From assembly GCA_002269645.1 (NCBI GenBank), contig NIVC01000175.1:248001-312000 (forward strand): 64,000 nucleotides of DNA. Reading direction: 5' to 3'. A model generated the notes under the pieces. It was not told the origin of the DNA, did not search any database, and saw only the letters and a program-made list of their open reading frames with translations. The stretch is from Macrostomum lignano. Taxonomy: Eukaryota. This document shows, one piece after another, positions 61,586 to 64,000 of this stretch. The stretch's first letter is position 1. Every line of letters begins with the position of its first letter. Made by a program: the position numbers and the translations under genes.

Positions 61586-63265
61586 TTATTCCGCTCCGGG
61601 TTCATCGCAGCGCCGTATGATTTCAGGTACCTCAGGGGTGCGACCAGCGATGTGCTCCGCAATCAGCCGGGCTGCCGCCCGCGCCGCTTCGGGGTACGGC
61701 GGGTTGCGTAGCGTTGGTGCTGCCAGATGCGCTACCTCATCCATGAGGCGCTGGCGGTCCTCGTCGCTAAGGGCTCTTACGGCGGCCCACCGAGGCCACA
61801 CGGTCAGGTTTGGTAAGACACCAAGCTGGGCCGCGGCTGTTAGTTGCTGGCCCAGGTAATAAATAGTTTCGATGTATCGGGAGACCGCAGCCTGTACGTC
61901 CATCAGCGGAGGGTCCTGGCGCTGTGGCGCGGGCTCGGCCTCGGCCGCGTCCTGGTCGGCCGTCGGGGGCTCCGGTGAGCTGGGCGGGGCTGCCGTCGCC
62001 GGGTAATTGGGGCCGCCGAGAGCCTGGCGGAGTTCCGTGGCCATGCCCGCCCAGTCGGTAGTCTCGAGAGGCGCGTCCGCCTGACAGGCGGCTTCCGCTG
62101 TTGTAGGCGCCTCCGGTGGGCTGGACTCCGGGGTGGTCGGGAGTCTTGGGCTGTCATCGGTGGGCGGCGAGGCTGGTTCCACGCGAAGCTCCGGCCCGGC
62201 GATCCTAAAATCAAAGAAGTTATTGGCAACTGCCGCTTCCGCTTTAGGCTTCTTGTCGTCGGTGAGTGCCTCCGGTCGTAGCGCTGGCTGTACAGCCGCC
62301 TGCGCCGTTGCAGGCGCCGCGGGGGCCGGGGCCTCAGGTCGGGGCGGTTGTAGTTGTTGTCGCACCGCAGCAGTTCCTCGCAACACGGCCTCCTGGATGT
62401 CGGCGTTGCGTTCCACCTTCTCGCTCTTTAAGCGGCGCACAGGGGTCTCCGGCTGAGTGAGATCGATGAATATCGGCGGGGCAGCCGCCGTGGCTCCGGT
62501 CGAGTCTTGCTCACGGAATGGCCGGGCGGCGTCGCGAGCTTGCTCGGCCTCAACTTGCCGGCGGATTTCGGCCAGACCGCGACTGACTCCGTCCTCGGGG
62601 TTCGCCTGGCGGCATCGAGCCCTGCGCCTTCGGCGCGATCGTCTGAACGGGCGCCGCTCAGGGGGCGGCGAACGGGTCCTAGATGGTGGCGACGTGGGCC
62701 GGCTGATGGGCCGGGATCCAATTCGATGCTGGAGGGCGCTGCGAGGTGCATCCTGCGAGCCGCCAAATGGCTCGTACTGGCCAGCGGCCGCGCCAATTGG
62801 TTGCCCTGGGAAACTTGGGGCTGAGGCGTCTCGGCGGCGAATCTGCCTTTGGCTTTGCTCGGAAGAAGAGCGCTCAGTGCGCTTCGTGGAGCGTTGCGAG
62901 TGCATTTCTGCGCTGAAATGCGTTTCGATTTGTGCGCGGATGCGGGCGGTGCGGGTAACATAAGTCTTAGCCCCAGGATTAATAATCAGCCTCACCGGCT
63001 GCCTACGGTTCCTAGCCGGCCTAGCGGCATCTCTAATTCCTACAGGCGCTTCCATCGGAGTGGTGCATAGCGACGGCCCAGGGGTCTGGACCACAGAAAA
63101 AGCAGCACTGGGGGCGGGAGCAGAAACGGGAGGAAAAGAAACAGCAGGCATAGACGCATTAGGAACAGGCTCATGCAAATGGCATTTACCATACGGCACT
63201 GGCTCACGCCGAAGTGCACTTGCCTGGTTCGCTGGTTTCGTGACCGGTCCACCTCCTGGCTGCAC
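61586..63265 (-). CDS. 559-aa Pro/Ala/Arg-rich ORF in frame with integrase
   Basis: The frame is open from 63448 to 61586 and separated from integrase only by TGA at 63449-63451. Confidence 0.6.
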   Translation of the reverse strand: MQPGGGPVTKPANQASALRREPVPYGKCHLHEPVPNASMPAVSFPPVSAPAPSAAFSVVQTPGPSLCTTPMEAPVGIRDAARPARNRRQPVRLIINPGAKTYVTRTARIRAQIETHFSAEMHSQRSTKRTERSSSEQSQRQIRRRDASAPSFPGQPIGAAAGQYEPFGGSQDAPRSALQHRIGSRPISRPTSPPSRTRSPPPERRPFRRSRRRRRARCRQANPEDGVSRGLAEIRRQVEAEQARDAARPFREQDSTGATAAAPPIFIDLTQPETPVRRLKSEKVERNADIQEAVLRGTAAVRQQLQPPRPEAPAPAAPATAQAAVQPALRPEALTDDKKPKAEAAVANNFFDFRIAGPELRVEPASPPTDDSPRLPTTPESSPPEAPTTAEAACQADAPLETTDWAGMATELRQALGGPNYPATAAPPSSPEPPTADQDAAEAEPAPQRQDPPLMDVQAAVSRYIETIYYLGQQLTAAAQLGVLPNLTVWPRWAAVRALSDEDRQRLMDEVAHLAAPTLRNPPYPEAARAAARLIAEHIAGRTPEVPEIIRRCDEPGAE

Positions 63266-64000
63266 CTCCGGGATCGCCGAAGGCCGGAAGTGCCATCGGA
63301 AGGCCGGCCTTGCGTCGTAGCCTTCCTCATCGTCATCGTCGGGGTCGTCCTGGTCGTCTTCGGGGATCGGCGTCAGGGTCGCGGGTCCTGCACCGTCGGG
63401 AACGTCAGGCGGTCGCCGACGCGTCTTTGGCTTGTCGACTTCAGGATCTCAAGTCCTCGTGTAGTCAGCGTCAGGCACGAGCAGAAGGTTCCGGCGATGG
63501 ACGACTAGTTCGGCTCGTCTAGCTCTCGGGTTAGGCAGTCTCCGTCGAATCTTGTAGACGACCTCGCCCTTGGGCTCGACGACTTCGTACAGTGCTTTGC
63601 GAGGTCGATGAAATTTTGCCGCTTCGTCCGGCTCGAGTACCGGGTGCTTGAGGAAGACCAGTTCACCGGGTTGAAGCTTCTTAGCGGCGGGCAGGTTCGA
63701 GTAGTGCTCGTCTGGCAGTTGCTGATGCAGATGCAGGCGCTCCTTGGCCAGCTCAGTCGCCTCGTTCAGGCGACGTTGGAAGTCCTTGACGTAGTCGGGC
63801 AGGTCGGCATACTCGGGCAGCTTCTTCAGCGCGTTGTCGATTGGAATTCGGAAATCACGGCCGAACACCAGGTAGTGAGGCGTGAAACCGGTCACCGGGT
63901 GCACGCTGGAGCGGAGAGCCATCAGACAAGCTGGAAGGAAGGTGTCCCAGTCGTTGTGGTTGCGCTCGATGAGGCTCGATGAGGAGGTGAGGACACTCTT
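61586..64000 (-). mobile_element. 3' part of a Ty3/Gypsy LTR retrotransposon (integrase C-terminus plus a long downstream ORF), running off the window
   Basis: HNDWDTFLP...ALRSSVHPVTGFTPHYLVFGR and LQPGELVFLK. A 10-bp tandem duplication at 63964-63983 shifts the frame. No 3' LTR recognised. Confidence 0.88.

Overview
Eukaryotic (animal) genomic DNA rich in repeats; the short GT-AG introns and sequence style suggest an invertebrate, possibly a flatworm, but that is only an inference. The main feature is a complete 19.9-kb Polinton/Maverick (adintovirus-like) endogenous virus at 4847-24745. It has AGTAG...CTACT ends, TIRs of about 0.5 kb and a perfect 6-bp target-site duplication (CCAGAT). It encodes apparently intact major and minor capsid, packaging ATPase, adenain-like protease, integrase, a parvovirus-type PLA2 protein and an adenovirus pX-like protein. 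It also carries a spliced accessory gene and a pair of diverged inverted paralogues just inside the TIRs. Its protein-primed PolB is the only core gene destroyed, by two nonsense codons, one frameshift and a nested 3.9-kb Ngaro/DIRS-like retroelement. That retroelement lacks its tyrosine recombinase, has a SAP-domain gag, and has an A_AAA_AAC slippery site leading through an in-frame (AAGP)n minisatellite into RT-RNase H. The rest of the window holds a Penelope-like element with a degenerate hammerhead ribozyme, a multi-exon hAT-like transposase with a near-intact frame, decayed pogo, hAT and Merlin fragments, the 3' part of a Ty3/Gypsy element with a long in-frame extension, MITE/foldback elements and many satellites. 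No database searches were run; family calls rest on recognised motifs.
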